A stretch of 64,000 bases of DNA from Sphaerodactylus townsendi. Taxonomy: Eukaryota. Below the pieces are notes generated by a model. It worked only from the letters and a program-made list of their open reading frames with translations. It made no database searches and was not told where the DNA came from. The translations under genes and the position numbers were made by a program. This document shows positions 25,391 to 38,970 of this stretch, piece after piece. How positions within the stretch are numbered: the first letter of the stretch is position 1; each line of letters starts with the position of its first letter. The DNA lies in the NCBI RefSeq assembly GCF_021028975.2, contig NC_059425.1:82212001-82276000 (forward strand), read 5' to 3'.

Positions 25391-26523
25391 GGAATTCATG
25401 CATATTCTGTTATTTTCATGTCTGTCTTTTGGTGCCTTTTGGTGCCAATTAATTATTACTTGGGCATTGCCAAAAGTGTGGCATAGTTTTCATCTCTGTT
25501 TTGATCTTGAATGATACATTGTTTGGGTCCCATTACTTTAGATGGGAAGTAGAATAGGATATTTTGCCCATCTTCTACGTGTCTACATGATCACATGATC
25601 TTCCAAATGCTGGGTACTTTTCAGTGTTTTGGAACGAAAACAAATGAGTCAGAGGATCACATAATCTGCCTTGAGTCTTATGGAGAAATCTGGACTGAAA
25701 GTGAAGTAAATAAATACTTTGGATATGAAAGGTTGCAAAAATTCACCAATCTGTACTACCCCCTTGGCATGCAATGAAAGGCATTATTTCACATTTCCTG
25801 AAGCCCTACCTATGAAGCTGGCGAACCATGGGCCTATGCAAGTTGCCTACCTCTGTTTTCATTACAAATGTTCCTGTGTTTTTACACAGACATATGAGGA
25901 CCCCATCCCCAGAAGAAGACCAAAATATAATGCTAAACATTCTTAACAACATGTGGGTTGAAGGCATTCTTTATTTCCACCATTCAGCCTTTGGCATGTT
26001 TAGGGTGTAGTTACACTTATCTTGGGAGAAACTCTTACCGATTTCAGTAAAAATTCCAAGTGAACATCTATAGGATTTGGATGTGGGTTTCATTTTGTCC
26101 ATTGGGCAATAGTCCAGCAGAGCAATCCAAACTAAATGGTGACTGAAAGACTAAATCTTTCATCAATGTTGGTTGTTGGAGCCAGGCAGTATTCTAATAG
26201 TCTACTTTCAACATTCATTTACTGGTTGTCTTACACAGATGCCACAATATTAGTTAGCTGCTATTAGCCAAGATCACATCACTCAAACAAGTCAAGGCAT
26301 ATCTAAATGGGACAAAAAAAAGGAAGGTCTAGGCATCCATTCTGCCAGTTTTTGAAAGCTTCTACTGCATAAAAGCTGATTTCCACCCAGGTCAGTATAA
26401 ACTACAAGTGCTTAAAATATTTTCCCTGATAACTGAAAAGATGGTCACAACTTTCCAATCTCTTTTCTTCCAGCTGCAGGAACAACAGTTATTGGGCTGA
26501 ATGCAACAGTAGTTTACATAGAC

Positions 26524-26640
26524 CAGTGGTGGCGAACCTTTGGCACTCCAGATGTTATGGACTACAATTGGCCATGCTGGCAAGGGCTGATGGGAATTGT
26601 AGTCCATAACATCTGGAGTGCCAAAGGTTCGCCACCACTG
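26524..26640. mobile_element. 117-bp hairpin hAT MITE
   Basis: Perfect ~46-bp inverted arms (CAGTGGTGGCGAACCTTTGGCACTCCAGATGTTATGGACTACAATT) and perfect TSD acatagac. Confidence 0.93.
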
Positions 26641-27156
26641 ACATAGACTGTACTGACCATCTGTATAAGAATCTATTCTGTAATTTATACAGGGCCTGTG
26701 CTTTCCAATCATTAGCCTGCCATCTGGTGGTAAACATACTAATTAGTTAGCTACTAGATACCACAATTTCAGAGTATATTCCATACATGTAATTATTTCA
26801 GAAAACAAATTCAGCTTGACATCTGGTACCATTTTTAGAATGAATTAAAATGAAAAACTGAGCCAACAGAGCTATGAAAAATCACTGTTTACTTATGTTG
26901 GATTAAGGCAGAACACACTGGTATAACCTTGTGAGTTGGTCCAGGAAGGAGGAGGTATATTAGAGTAATACACAGGCTCTCCAGAGAAAAGATTAACCTT
27001 TCTAGTTACCTGCTTAATGTGCTTTATAGTTTCCAGCACACCCTCTCACTCAACTGCACCAATGCTACCATCTCAGAATGAAAATAAAATTTGTAAACGG
27101 TCAACACACCTTTAATGTACATCAAACAATACTGAATAAACTATCAAACAATTAAT

Positions 27157-28402
27157 GAACATAAGAACAAGCCAGCTGGATCAGACCAGAGTCCATCTAG
27201 TCCAGCTCTCTGCTACTCGCAGTGGCCCACCAGGTGCCATTGGGAGCTCACATGCAGGATGTGAACGCAATGGCCTTCTGCGGCTGTTGCTCCTGAGCAC
27301 CTGGACTGTTAAGGCATTTGCAATCTCAGATCAAAGAGGATCGAGATTGGTAGCCATAAATCGACTTCTCCTCCATAAATCTATCCAAGCCCCTTTTAAA
27401 GCTATCCAGGTTAGTGGCCATCACACCACCTCCTGTGGCAGCATATTCCAAACACCAATCACACATTGCGTGAAGAAGTGTTTCCTTTTATTAGTCCTAA
27501 TTCTTCCCCCCAGCATTTTCAATGGATGCCCCCTGGTTCTAGTATTGTGAGAAAGAGAGAAAAGAATTCTATCTCTGTCAACATTTTCTACCCCATGCAT
27601 AATTTTATAGACTTCAATCATATCCCCCCTCAGACGTCTCCTCTCCAAACTAAAGAGTCCCAAATGCTGCAGCCTCTCCTCATAAGAAAGGTGCTCCAGT
27701 CCCTCAATCATCCCTCGCGTTGCCCTTCAAAATCTGCATATTTTCTATCTCTTCAATATCCTTTTTTGAGATGTAAGTAAACCGGAACTGAACCTGAATA
27801 GTACTCCAAGTCGCGCGTCGCATCCACTACTTTATATAAGAGCATGACAAATCTTTGCAGTTTTATTATCAATTCCCTTTCCTCTAATGATCCCCAGCAT
27901 AGAGTTTGCCTCTTTCACAGCTGCCATGCATTGAGTTGGACCAGCCCATGGAACTATCCAACTAAAGACGCCCAAATCCCTTTCCTGGTCACCTGTGACT
28001 GGATAAGCACTGACCCCTGTAACGATGTATGCGTGAAGTTTGGATTTTTTGCCCCTATGTGCATCACTTTACATTTTGCTACATTGAACTGCATTTGCCA
28101 TTTCTTAGCCCACTCAACTAATTTATCAAGGTCCGCTTGGAGCTCTTCGCAATCCTTTGTGGTTCTCACCACACTACATAATTTGGTATCATCTGCAAAC
28201 TTGGCCACCACTCTACCCACCCCTACTTCCAGGTCATTTATGAATAGGTTAAAGAGCACTGGTCCCAAAACGGATCCTTGGGGGACACCACTCCTTACAT
28301 CTCTCCATTGTGAGAATTTCCCATTTACACCCACTCTTTGCTTCCTGTTTCTCAACCAGTTTTTAATCCATAGGAGGACTTCCCCTCTTATTCCTTGATT
28401 GC
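27157..28402 (-). mobile_element. 5'-truncated CR1 LINE
   Basis: Minus ORFs give SGVPQGSVLGPVLFNLFINDL, KFADDTKL and LSYEERLQHLGLFSLERRRLRGD. The tail ttcttatgttc is on the minus strand. Confidence 0.93.
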
Positions 28403-28546
28403 ATGTTTCCTCCTTTTATGTTCCTTCCACACCTGTTTGCAATCGACCATTTAGACTGCAAATCTTTCAACAGATGCATGTTTTATAATTAAACATGTAA
28501 AATATCACTGTTCTTCTAGTTAACAGTTAATAATCGTAACATGAGA

Positions 28547-30406
28547 TTCGCAGCTATTTTAGCGGAAAGATTAAAAATAACTCTTAATGAAATAATCAGT
28601 AAAGAACAAAACGGATTTTTACCACACAGACAACTAAGAAACAATATAAGAACTACCATAAACATAATTGAACTCCTAAATAAAAGAATAAACCAACAGG
28701 CCTCGATGATCTTTATAGATCTAGAAAAAGCTTTCGATAATTTAAGTTGGACATACATGAAAGAAAATCTATCAAAGAGTGAAATGAAAGCCAGGGGAAA
28801 AAGAATTTCAGAATTTGGATCGAAGCAATTTTACAAAAAACAAACAGCTAAAAAATTAAAATGAAATGATGAGATTATCCAGGAACCATTTGATATCACT
28901 AAAGAAAGTAATGGAGAACAAGGAGCTGTCCCTTCTTTCCCCTCTATTATTTATATTATCCCTTGAACCCCTTATTCTAAATATAAAAAACAACTCAGGA
29001 ATCGAAGGCATAAAGGAAAAAAAAATTGAATATAAGATCCAGGAGCTTTTTGCATAATGCTGATCTTGTGCTATTATTCTTGAATCCATCAAAAAAATAA
29101 ATAAAAAATTTGAAAACGGAAATAGAATTATTCAGCAAACAATCAGGTTTAAAAGTGAATGAAAATAAAACAAAAATGATGATCTTTAATACAAGTAAAA
29201 AATCATGAATGCAAAGAAATTGAAAAAAAGAACTAAGAATTCACATCATCAGTAAAACAAAGGTGAAATATTTGGGAATAAATCTGACAAAATTCAACAT
29301 TCTACTATTCGAAAACAACTATGAATATGAATGGAAAAAAATAAAAGAAAAATTAGAAGTATGGTCAAAGCTAAATTTATCATTGATGGGGAAGGTAGCC
29401 TTAATCAAAATGACAGTCCTGGCGAAAATGAATTTTCTCTTTCAGGTAATTCCAATTGAAGTCCACAAAAAATTCTTCATAGGATGCAGAAAAGATTTAT
29501 TAAAATTCATTTGGGGAAAAGGAAGACCTAGAATAAGTTACAAAGTATTATGTGATGACGTTAAAAGAGGAGGCCTGGGCCTGCTAAACCTAGAATTATA
29601 TTATAGAGCAGCAGGACTACTATGGTTTAGGGAATGGGTACTATTGGAAGATACTGAACTGCTCAACCTAGAGGGAGTGGACCTCTTTTTTGGTTGGCAT
29701 TTTTATATATGGTATGCCCAAGGGAAAGAATACAAAATCTTTATGGATCATTATATCAGAAAAGCCATTTTCCGAACATGGGAAGACTACAAAAGAAAAC
29801 ATATTAAGGCAACCCCAGGATGGATAGCCCCTTTAGAAGCTATAAGGATGAGAACAGAAGAGTCATGTAGTACTTTAAGATATAGTGAATTAGTCAAATA
29901 TTTGGGAGGCGAATACACACTTCGGGACAGACAAGACATCAAAATAAACCAACAAAATTGTCAATGGTTCCAATATCAGCAACTTAAGGAAAAATTTAAA
30001 ATTTAAAGGCTAAGGGGAGGTCCTTCTAAATTTCTTTCTTAAACTTATTCTATCATTTGTATAAAATATACTGAGCTCTTTCTTTTTTCTTTCTCTTTCT
30101 TCTCTAGAAATCTTCTCTAGAAGTGTCTTCCGTTTCTTCTTCCTCTCTTCCCGCTTTCTTTATTCTTTTTCTCTTCTTTCTCTTTTTCTCCCTTTTCTTC
30201 CTTCCTCTTCTTAAAGGGGGGAGATGTAGGGATGATCTACTTTGTTATATTATTTATGTATTAACTTGGCAGATCTTAGTTTCGTCTCACTTACAATTGT
30301 AATGTATAAAGTCTAGAAGAAAAAAACTTAGCAGAGTTGAAACTTTGAAATGTGGAAACTGTACTAATCTGAATATTCAAATATTAATAAAAAATTATCT
30401 TAAAAA
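28547..30406 (+). mobile_element. 5'-truncated L1-clade LINE with intact 18-bp TSD
   Basis: ORF2 fragments EQNGFL, FIDLEKAFD, LSPLLFILSLEPL, KYLGINLT and GGLGLLNLELYY. AATAAA at 30386 and an A-tail follow. TSD aataatcgtaacatgaga at 28529-28546 and 30407-30424. Confidence 0.93.
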
Positions 30407-31835
30407 AATAATCGTAACATGAGAGCACAAGATAAGCACTACATACATGATGCCACTCTGATTTCATTATTTGTTTTATTTTTCATATAAATTAACATTC
30501 TAAAAAAAAGTGGAATAGAAACACTAAATACAGTATTGCACAGAGCGATCTCATTTAATTTAGTATGGCAATAAACATACTGTAGATACTGAAGAGACCA
30601 GGAAGGCTACAAAACAGAAACATGCTACCATGTCTTTTAATGTACTTTAAAGGAAAAAGCAAAGTTAAACAGCAAGTCTATAGTTTATATAAACATGGGT
30701 TTTAATCAGTGCTATTAAAATATCTTTTATTTATTTGCTTTTGATAATGTCTTTCATAACAAGCAATTTTCTCTTTTCCTTTTCCCAAGAAACAACTTTA
30801 TTCCTGACGCTATAGGCCTTTTTAATGCAGTTGTGGAGAAAAAAATGCATCAGGGTCTCTCAAGAGCTATCCATAAAACAGCAGCTTTTCAGGCAGATTA
30901 TATGCCAGGAAACTACTTTCCCTACAAATGAAAAATATATCTGTAGTGCTTGGCATTTTAAAAAGTCAATTCCTGAGGTCATAATTTATGCAGCCTTTAT
31001 GATGTCTGGAACCACAAATTATCATTTTGGCAACCAGAAATCATGTTCTGGGCTACATGGAGAATAAATCATTTCAGCAGAACTCAAAACCACCCCAGCA
31101 CCTTCCATGCTCCAAAGCTTTGAGAGTTTATTATTCTACCTCCTCCCACCTTTGGCTATTTGCAACATATTTTTGAAAGATGGTGTGGTGTGTGGTGGAA
31201 GTGCTCTAAACCAGAATTGACTAATCTGGTATGTTTGGGATGATTCCAACTGAAGACACACAAAACAGCTGCAACTGTTATGTCATATAGCGTATGAGTA
31301 CTCAATAAAATGAAAGCTAACCTGGATGAGTGAGCAGTTCTCTTTGTCGCTCAGGTCACTAAGGTTTATAATATGAACCAAAATGCTAATAAAAGAGAAG
31401 GACATTCTTTAAAATAATAGACTTCAAATGCTGGATTACAAACACTCATTGTCAGCTTCTTCTTATTCTGCTGTTCAAAATTAGGGTGGTATATTTCTTT
31501 CTAAAGGAATGTAGCATATTGCAGTACCTGGGGTTCTTCAGTACCATCTGAAGGACTCCTATGTTTTTCTACACTTCAACTTCTTCCCTATATTTTGATT
31601 CCATTCTATCTAGCAGAAAATGGGGAACATGTTCCAGCTCATTTACCACAGAGATAGCTGTGTTGAACATCTTGTTTCAGAAATATTTCACAAGTGGGCA
31701 GCCAAATGGATTTGGAAAGAGTAGAGCATAGTGCAGCAGGAGTACTTTACCAATTCAAAATACAAACTACAGATGTCAATATGGAACAGGTACACACACA
31801 GTTCTTGAGAAGCAGCATTTCCCCCTTAAGAAAAA

Positions 31836-32720
31836 AATCTTGTGGCAACCTTAAAGACTGCTAGGCTTATTGAAGCAAAAATTTTGGGAGCAATTACATG
31901 CAGTGAAATCACAGTCTGCAGGGATATTTGGTGACAAGAGAACTGTGAACAGTGCATGAAATGCATCACATTGTGACACTTCTGAAAACATCTCAAAGGT
32001 ATTTAAAGCAAGCACAGTGACCATCCATAGCAGCTGCAGCTGATGACATTACCATTTCCCTAGGCATGATAAACAACTTAAAACATGTAGAAGTTAAAAA
32101 GGATGTTTGGCTTTGTTAAGCCTTACTTAATACAACTAAATAGACTGATTGATCAATTCTACTTCAACATTTTTCTCCCTGTGGGATTTTCTTCTTAAGT
32201 TCCTTTGCAGAAGAATGATGACTTTTAGCCCCTGGTAGATCCTGAGTTTTGAGTTTTGCATAGAAATGTCACAAGTGAGCTTGCATTTCATGCTACCCCT
32301 TCTTTGTCTACACTGGCTCCAGCAATCCGTCAGTGGAAGACACTGACCATCATGGATCTTTTCCATGTGCCTCTACTCCCAGTAGTTTTTTTGAACCCCA
32401 CTGACAAAATAATGCTTGTGCTCGCCTCCAGATCCCACCTGACCTCCATGGAATTTAGCCCACAAAGGTCTTGTGCCCCCAAGAATAAGCTCTGCCAGGT
32501 TGAAAAGTCCTGCTGAGAAGAGGGAAAATGCAAGAAATACATGCTATCCTTGTATCTGTGGGCTGCTGGATGCAATCCAATATATGTATAGCCTGAATTT
32601 CTCACCATGACTGAAATTCTCACCATGCATCTGGTTAAGAAAACTCTTCTCCAGAAAAGCTTATGCTTTAATAGGTCTGTAAGCCTTTAAAGTGCCATAA
32701 GATTTCTTTGTGGTTTTGCC
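31836..32720. mobile_element. Old Penelope-like element relic with inverted termini
   Basis: Inverted terminal motifs tcttgtggcaaccttaaagac (~31838) and ctttaaagtgccataaga (~32685). The minus ORF piece LKVIILLQRNLRRKSHREKNVEVELI resembles the GIY-YIG endonuclease C-terminus. Confidence 0.55.
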
Positions 32721-33155
32721 ACAAGAATGCCTCTGCATCTAAGGGCAGCACTGTAGCACAGTTGCTTTGGAAAAATGCTACTAAATGTAAATGTAGGGTG
32801 TACGTAAAGTTAGATGTTTATACAGATTCAGTATGCTTCAGATTGATAAGGATGCTTCTTCTTGCTGCTCCAGTTATTATTAGTATTCTTCCATACATGT
32901 GACAATATACCATATGGATGAGAACAACAGTGTGGGGTACATAGAAGAGACATGTCTCAACTGCATAACTTCTTTATTAGACACTCCATACGGTAAATCT
33001 GTTTATTAACGAATGCTTGCTGCATATGGTCAGGAAGAACAGAAAACAAATGCAAAAGAAGTCAAGGAAAAAATGAGCCGTATGGTTTTTTTCCCCATCC
33101 ACAGACATTTTGAATTTACTGAACAGGTGGTACAATGGCACAAGCCTTTCTACTC

Positions 33156-33182
33156 TCAGATCTTCATACTTATCTTAGCTTT
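33156..33182 (-). CDS. FMN2: Formin-2 last coding exon (KAKISMKI*)
   Basis: Minus strand reads ttttgtttcattttcAG|AAA GCT AAG ATA AGT ATG AAG ATC TGA. Phase 0 matches the upstream exon; human FMN2 ends KAKISMKT. Confidence 0.9.
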   Translation of the reverse strand, partial: KAKISMKI

Positions 33183-33934
33183 CTGAAAATGAAACAAAAA
33201 ATAAAATTGAGTTAAAAGAGCTGCTCCAAAACTCTATAGCATATCAACAAATATTCAAGAACCCAGGGAACAGATCAGCAAACTTCCACTTCTCTCTAAA
33301 CACAGAGCAAGAAACAACTGTAGGCAATTATTACATTTAAAGGGCCAGTGCCAGTAATGATTTTTCTGATTCCAATTATTTATTGTTCCATGGGTGCTCT
33401 TCTCTGAGTCCCAGCCTTTTTAACATTTGCTTTATGTGGGAGAATGTCTCAAGTGATTGTGAAATGAGATCATTTGGAGCTTGCCTCAGCTTTTTGTTTT
33501 GTCATTTCCTGCACTTTTTTTCATCTTCTATATTACCAATACACATGGGTGTATTAATACACACAAACAACAGCAGCAGAACATCTATATGTGGCTATTG
33601 GTATGATTGTATCAAGGTTCTTTCTATAAGATATGTTACTCATGAGAGTATGTGCTCCTTTGCATTGATAAAAGACCCCGCAAAAAGAATCTTGATGCAA
33701 TATTTACCAGTGCATCAAGACTGCTTTTTTGCTCATTCCACCATAATTTTAGGTATTAACCTACATAAATAGAAGTTAAGGAGGTGAACTCAGAGCAGAA
33801 TGGGTTCGTGGATAATGCAGAAAAGGAGAGGAAGGGGATACATGAGCTGAGAGAACTGAAGATAAAAGGTAAAGCACCAAATCATTACTAACGTGTGGGG
33901 TGACGTCACATCATAATATTTGCTAGGCAGACTA

Positions 33935-34143
33935 TGATTATGGAGTGGTTTGCCATGGTCTTCACCAGCATGCTATACTTTACCCCCAGCAAGCTGGATG
34001 CTCATTTTACTGATCTTGGAAGGATGGCAAGCTGAGTCAACCTTGAGCCGGCTACCTGAATTTGACTTCAGTTGAACTCAGATTCAAGTCATGAGCAGAG
34101 CTTTGACTGCAGTACTGCAGCTTACTACTCTGTACCACAGGGC
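33935..34143 (-). mobile_element. Sauria-type SINE
   Basis: Hallmark segment cattttactgatcttggaaggatggcaagctgagtcaaccttgagcc. Confidence 0.75.
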
Positions 34144-35021
34144 CCAATAAAGGAACTGAAAGCTCTGACTAATTGAGCAGGTGCAGCACTTAGTACAAAA
34201 TTCAGAAATAAAAATATAAAACCTTCCTCATTTATCAATTCCATGTTAGAAATTAGGTCATGTATTAGAACCCCATCCATAAATGATTCAGACAACGAGA
34301 ATTCTTGAAGCCTTTGTAGCTAATGACCTTTGTTGAAGAGGTTCTAAGTAATTCAAAAATCTCCAAATATCATTACTTGAATAAATCCTGGGAACAACAG
34401 TTTCATAAGCTAAACCACTCACATTAGGCCATGATCCTGAACACCAATTAAGAAAAATTGCATTCCACTGGGAAAAATATATGAGAAACTACATACATAA
34501 TTGCTGCCATCCTGAATACAATCTATACAGGTCTTTGTAATAGTTACTGGATATGACTGAAAGGACATGCATGGGATGTTTATAAACGCAGCATTTTTCA
34601 CCCTGAAACAAGAGTAGAAAATGCTACATGTGGAGTTCTTACAACAAATGGAATTAGTGAACGTTCTCATGAGATGGACAGCTAATGGAAAGACGTTATC
34701 AGAGTACTCAGAAAAGCTTATTATTGTGACTCTGAGTTCCTTGGTACTAAGGAGTGATTATCCACTAAACTCGTTCAGTATTTAAATACACCTGCCTACC
34801 AAAAACTTGAGAAAAGTGGCAATTCTTTAACAGTGCCAACAGACACTTCTGTGGCTGCTATTACCCTACAGGCCCTAACCAATATCCTTCACAATGCAAG
34901 ATGCATCACGAAAAGAGTCCCAGGGTTTTATACAATATAGTTAAAATTAAATTCAAGTGTCTGTGGTAATGAACAGACAGACACAATGGACAGAAAAACA
35001 GAACAGAGTGGCAATTTCCCT

Positions 35022-35160
35022 CCCACATCAAGTCACAGCTGATGGCGACCCAGTGGGGTTTTCAAGACAAGAGATGTTCAGAGGTGTTTTGCCACTGTGA
35101 ACCTCCACATCACAACCCCAATATTCTGTAGAGGTCTCTTCTCCAAATAGGTTTGGGCTG
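35022..35160 (-). mobile_element. SINE fragment (5S-head, RTE/Sauria-tail family)
   Basis: Similar to 46630-46780 (tcaagtcacagct...ggttttcaag). Confidence 0.55.
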
Positions 35161-36179
35161 GCAATAGGTCAGATATTATTTTTACATTTAAACCAGACTA
35201 GGATGGTAATCCATTTAAATCACAATGTTTGGCTGTCAAACTGGTCCATAATATAAAATCTAAAAATTTTAAAATGATTGGTCTGGCATTTAAATTCATG
35301 TTGGCTTGTCACTTATTTGAAGAAAATAGTAAGCACAATCAGTCTCTGTAAATCAGTCGCTGTGGTGGTCCTGTTTGGGCAGCAAGTAGGGATATAAATG
35401 ATGTAAATAAATAAGCAGCTAATCACTAAACTGAAATTCCTCTAAACCACAGGAACAATTACACAGGAAAATTCTGCATTTTCACATGGTGTGGTCTAGG
35501 CTCTTTTCTAAGTTTTAGATTCCAAAAATGCTAAGATTGGGAGGTGCTTGCTAAAATCAAACACAGGAGTTCACACAAGCCAATCTTCCTTTATTTACCC
35601 TTCCTCTGACAGTTCCATAAAGCTACCACTTCTCAAAAATATGTCATTTGGCACCTGAGGCAAAGTCAGGGAGAACTATACAAAATCATCCCATTCTCGT
35701 CTGTGACTGGAGCCCAATCCACTTGGTTGTGGATGTAGTTAGAGATAGCCCAAGATTTTAAAGCTAAAACATACTCTGGTTGTTTGCTTTATGAGAGGAG
35801 CAGGAATGAACGAATCTTCATTTCTTCCCCTTTTTTTGAATGTTTACATGGCCATTCTCTGATGTTTTTATAGCACCTTTACTCCATACACACACCGAGA
35901 GAGAAAAAAATGAATGGTTTTTTTTACTTGACTGATGTGAAAATAAGGGTGAAATGAGGAACCAAATAGCTTTAGAAAGCTGGTCTTCTCCCTAGCTGGG
36001 AATAGGAGATTAGCAGATCCATAAGTGTGCTACTGAAATGGCAATAATCAATCATAATGGACTGCTGTATGCACTCACAAATACATTTGTTATCAACAGT
36101 AGCCTTTGGGCCTGAAGAAAAATAGGATTTTGAATAGTGAAATAGTAACTCCAATAGATCACTTTAATTTTGTTGGAAA

Positions 36180-36380
36180 TAAGAACATAAGAAAGAGCCT
36201 GCTGGATCAGACCAGTGTCCATCTAGTCCAGCACTCTGCTACTCTCAATAGTCTCTGGTGAGGAACTTTGTCAAAAGCCTTTTGGAAATCCAAGTAGACA
36301 ATGTCCAATGGTTCCCCCACATGTCTGTTTACACCCTGAAAGAACTCTAGTAAGTTTGTAAGGCAGGATGTGCCTCTGCA
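36180..36380 (-). mobile_element. CR1 3' end fragment with internal deletion
   Basis: aagaacataagaaagagcctgctggatcagaccag matches the CR1 tail at 27157. Confidence 0.75.
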
Positions 36381-36509
36381 AAATAACTATAGATCTAGTT
36401 TCACCCTCACTAGGAGAGAGAAAAAGATTTCAGATCATACAAGGACAGGGTTGTTCCAAACTACTACTCAAGCATAGCAGGAGAAAAATCATGAGCAAAC
36501 AATACTTAC

Positions 36510-36591
36510 AATTCCAGAATCATGCTTCTGTTTTATATTGTAAATTGATTTCCCCTTTTTCTGTCTGCATACTTCCTCAGCCTCTTTAAGC
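36510..36591 (-). CDS. FMN2: Formin-2 penultimate exon (82 bp; (R)[27 protein letters not shown])
   Basis: Minus strand has ttccAG|GCTTAAAGAG...TCTGGAATT|GTaagt. Splice phases 2/0 are consistent with both neighbouring exons. Confidence 0.93.
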
Positions 36592-37924
36592 CTGGAACAC
36601 ATTTAATTAATTCATCATATAAAAATTACTTGCAAAGATTACAAAGAAGATAATGCAAAATGGATGCTTTTCAGCATACAATTATCTTGTTACTTGTGGA
36701 ATAGAATTATAAACAGCACAAATGCTTTTCTGCTGGCATAACACATAAGCCAGAGGGTACCACACTTCTACTGGGGGAACTGGGGGTGGGGGTGAGGGTG
36801 GGGTGGGAGATAATTCTTCCCACTGCAGATCCCCACATTGCTCTTATACTGGTTCAGAAGAGTCCCCTGACCCCCAAGAGCAAAATAGTAGGCAGCTGGC
36901 GAGGGGGGGGGTTGATATAAATTCCCGTTCTGTTGCAGTATTTGGGATGTATCTCAATACTACACAAGAGATATGCAGTAATTGTAATACACAGGTGTTG
37001 TCAGTCATAGCTGCTGTATGCAAATATTATGATCTTAAAAGTACTGAGTATGTTCCTGGTTACGAATTATGTAGGAGGAAATGTACAAAGATTACCACCA
37101 CCTCCTGCATTTCTCTAACTCTTCACAGTTTATTTATAGACCAAAGTTCCTCCCTTTGGCATTTTACTGCTTACACATTACGCAAACCATTCAACTTGAT
37201 ATTTCCATAGCATTCTTTCTCTTTCCTAGTGACTGAAATTGTTCCATGATGTGATTGAAATTATCTTGAAATTATCTCTTTCCTCTTAATTTTAAAAGTC
37301 TAGAAGCAAACATAAAAACACAATTATAATTCATGGATCTGAGTATACCATCATTTCTAATCATGGACAGCAAAACAATCTTGGCAGTAACTTTTCTGAT
37401 ATGAAGCTGGCAGCTCAGAAATCCACCTACAGTGGTCTGGACTGGTTCCCAATTAGACCTACAATGAATCATTGTAATTTGATTTCATAGTGAAACCTGT
37501 CCTTTCAATGTCATATTTTTTAAATTAAACCAATAGCAATATTATAAGAAAAACTGATATCTACACACTGTTACATCTTTGTCAACAATAACATATAAAT
37601 AAGATCACATAAACTTGCATATCAGATATCATATAATGTTGAACAGGATTAGTCATTAGCTGAATACAATTACTCTACCCCCTGAGTCAGGTGCCATTAA
37701 TTAATATAATAAATTAGTTTCCCATAAATCATTAACCAGATGGCCTTCAGTTTAGAAAACAGTATTAGATATTTTTTGAAATAGTGTAATATTCAGAAGC
37801 CCAGTGTTCTGTATTATTGAGATAGAGTCCTGAGTCCTGCGGCAGCCACGTACAACAAAGATTTGATATTTGAACTGTACATGTGTCAAGAATTAAAAAT
37901 TATTCCAGTTGTCAGAATTCACAG

Positions 37925-38520
37925 TGGTTAAAAAAGTTAAATATTTGGGACTGTGGGTGACTAATAAAAATTGTTTCTTATTTCAAAATAACTAAATAAA
38001 AATGGAATGAAGTAAAGAAAGATCTGTTGAGATGGAATAGAATGAAATTATCTTTGCTGGGGAGAATATCTGTGATAAAAATGAATGCGCTTCCAAGAAT
38101 GTTATTTCTCTTCCAGGTGCTGCCAATAATTAACACTACAATGTGCTTTATGCAGTGGCAAAAAGATATTAGCAATTTTGTTTGGCAAGGCAAGAAAACA
38201 AGAAAAAATATAAAAATGTGTAAGAAGCAAACAAGAGGAGGTTTAGAATTTCCAAATCTAAAATTGTATTTTGAAGCAACTGCATTGATCTGGATTAGAG
38301 AATGGGTGATGCTGAAAAATGCAAGACTGTTGGACTTGGAAAGATTTGATAGAAGATTTGGATGGTATGGTTATTTGTGTATGATAAAGGAAAGATTCAC
38401 AAAGAATTTTCAAATCATTATTCTAGAAGGAGTCTGCTTTGGGTATGATTGAGATAAAAAAAGGTTTATTGTAAGTTTAATTCCCTTATGGTTGTCCGCA
38501 ATCAAAGCATTTTCAAGAAA
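37925..38520 (+). mobile_element. L1-clade ORF2 fragment
   Basis: VKYLG upstream, then RWNRMKLSLLGRISVIKMNALPRMLFLFQVLPI and GGLEFPNLKLYFEA; homologous to 29263-30006. Confidence 0.85.
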
Positions 38521-38529
38521 AGAAGTGAA

Positions 38530-38970
38530 CATGCAGGCAGTTCTGAAATGGATGCAAACTCTGAACAGAAGTTTAATCTTGAGAAGATGGAAGCACTGCT
38601 GCTGAGCAGTAGGACTGACTCAGGTTTTAAAGTGTCTCTGTCTGCAGGGGGCTGCACCTTTCCCTGAAGGAGCAGATCTGCAGTTTGGAGGTACTTCTGG
38701 ATCTGGATCTACAGCTGGATAAGGAAGGCTAATTGTCTGTCCTCTGTTGTCTTTGCTTTCTACCAGTAGGTTATGACCTTTTTGTCTTGTCTGCCATTCC
38801 TTCAATGATGCCTCATTCTTGCCCTATGTTTTTATTTGTTGGGTCTTTGTTTTTATACATGTATTATATTCTTGGTTTTAAATTGGTTTATTACTGTTTT
38901 AGAGAGTTCTGCTGTTAACTGTTAACTGCCTTGGTTGGGTAGAAAGACAGAGTATAAATTCTGTAAATAA
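38530..38970 (+). mobile_element. Old L2 fragment
   Basis: Degraded WM...KFNLEKMEAL and FPEGADLQ segments followed by an L2-like tail. Confidence 0.5.
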
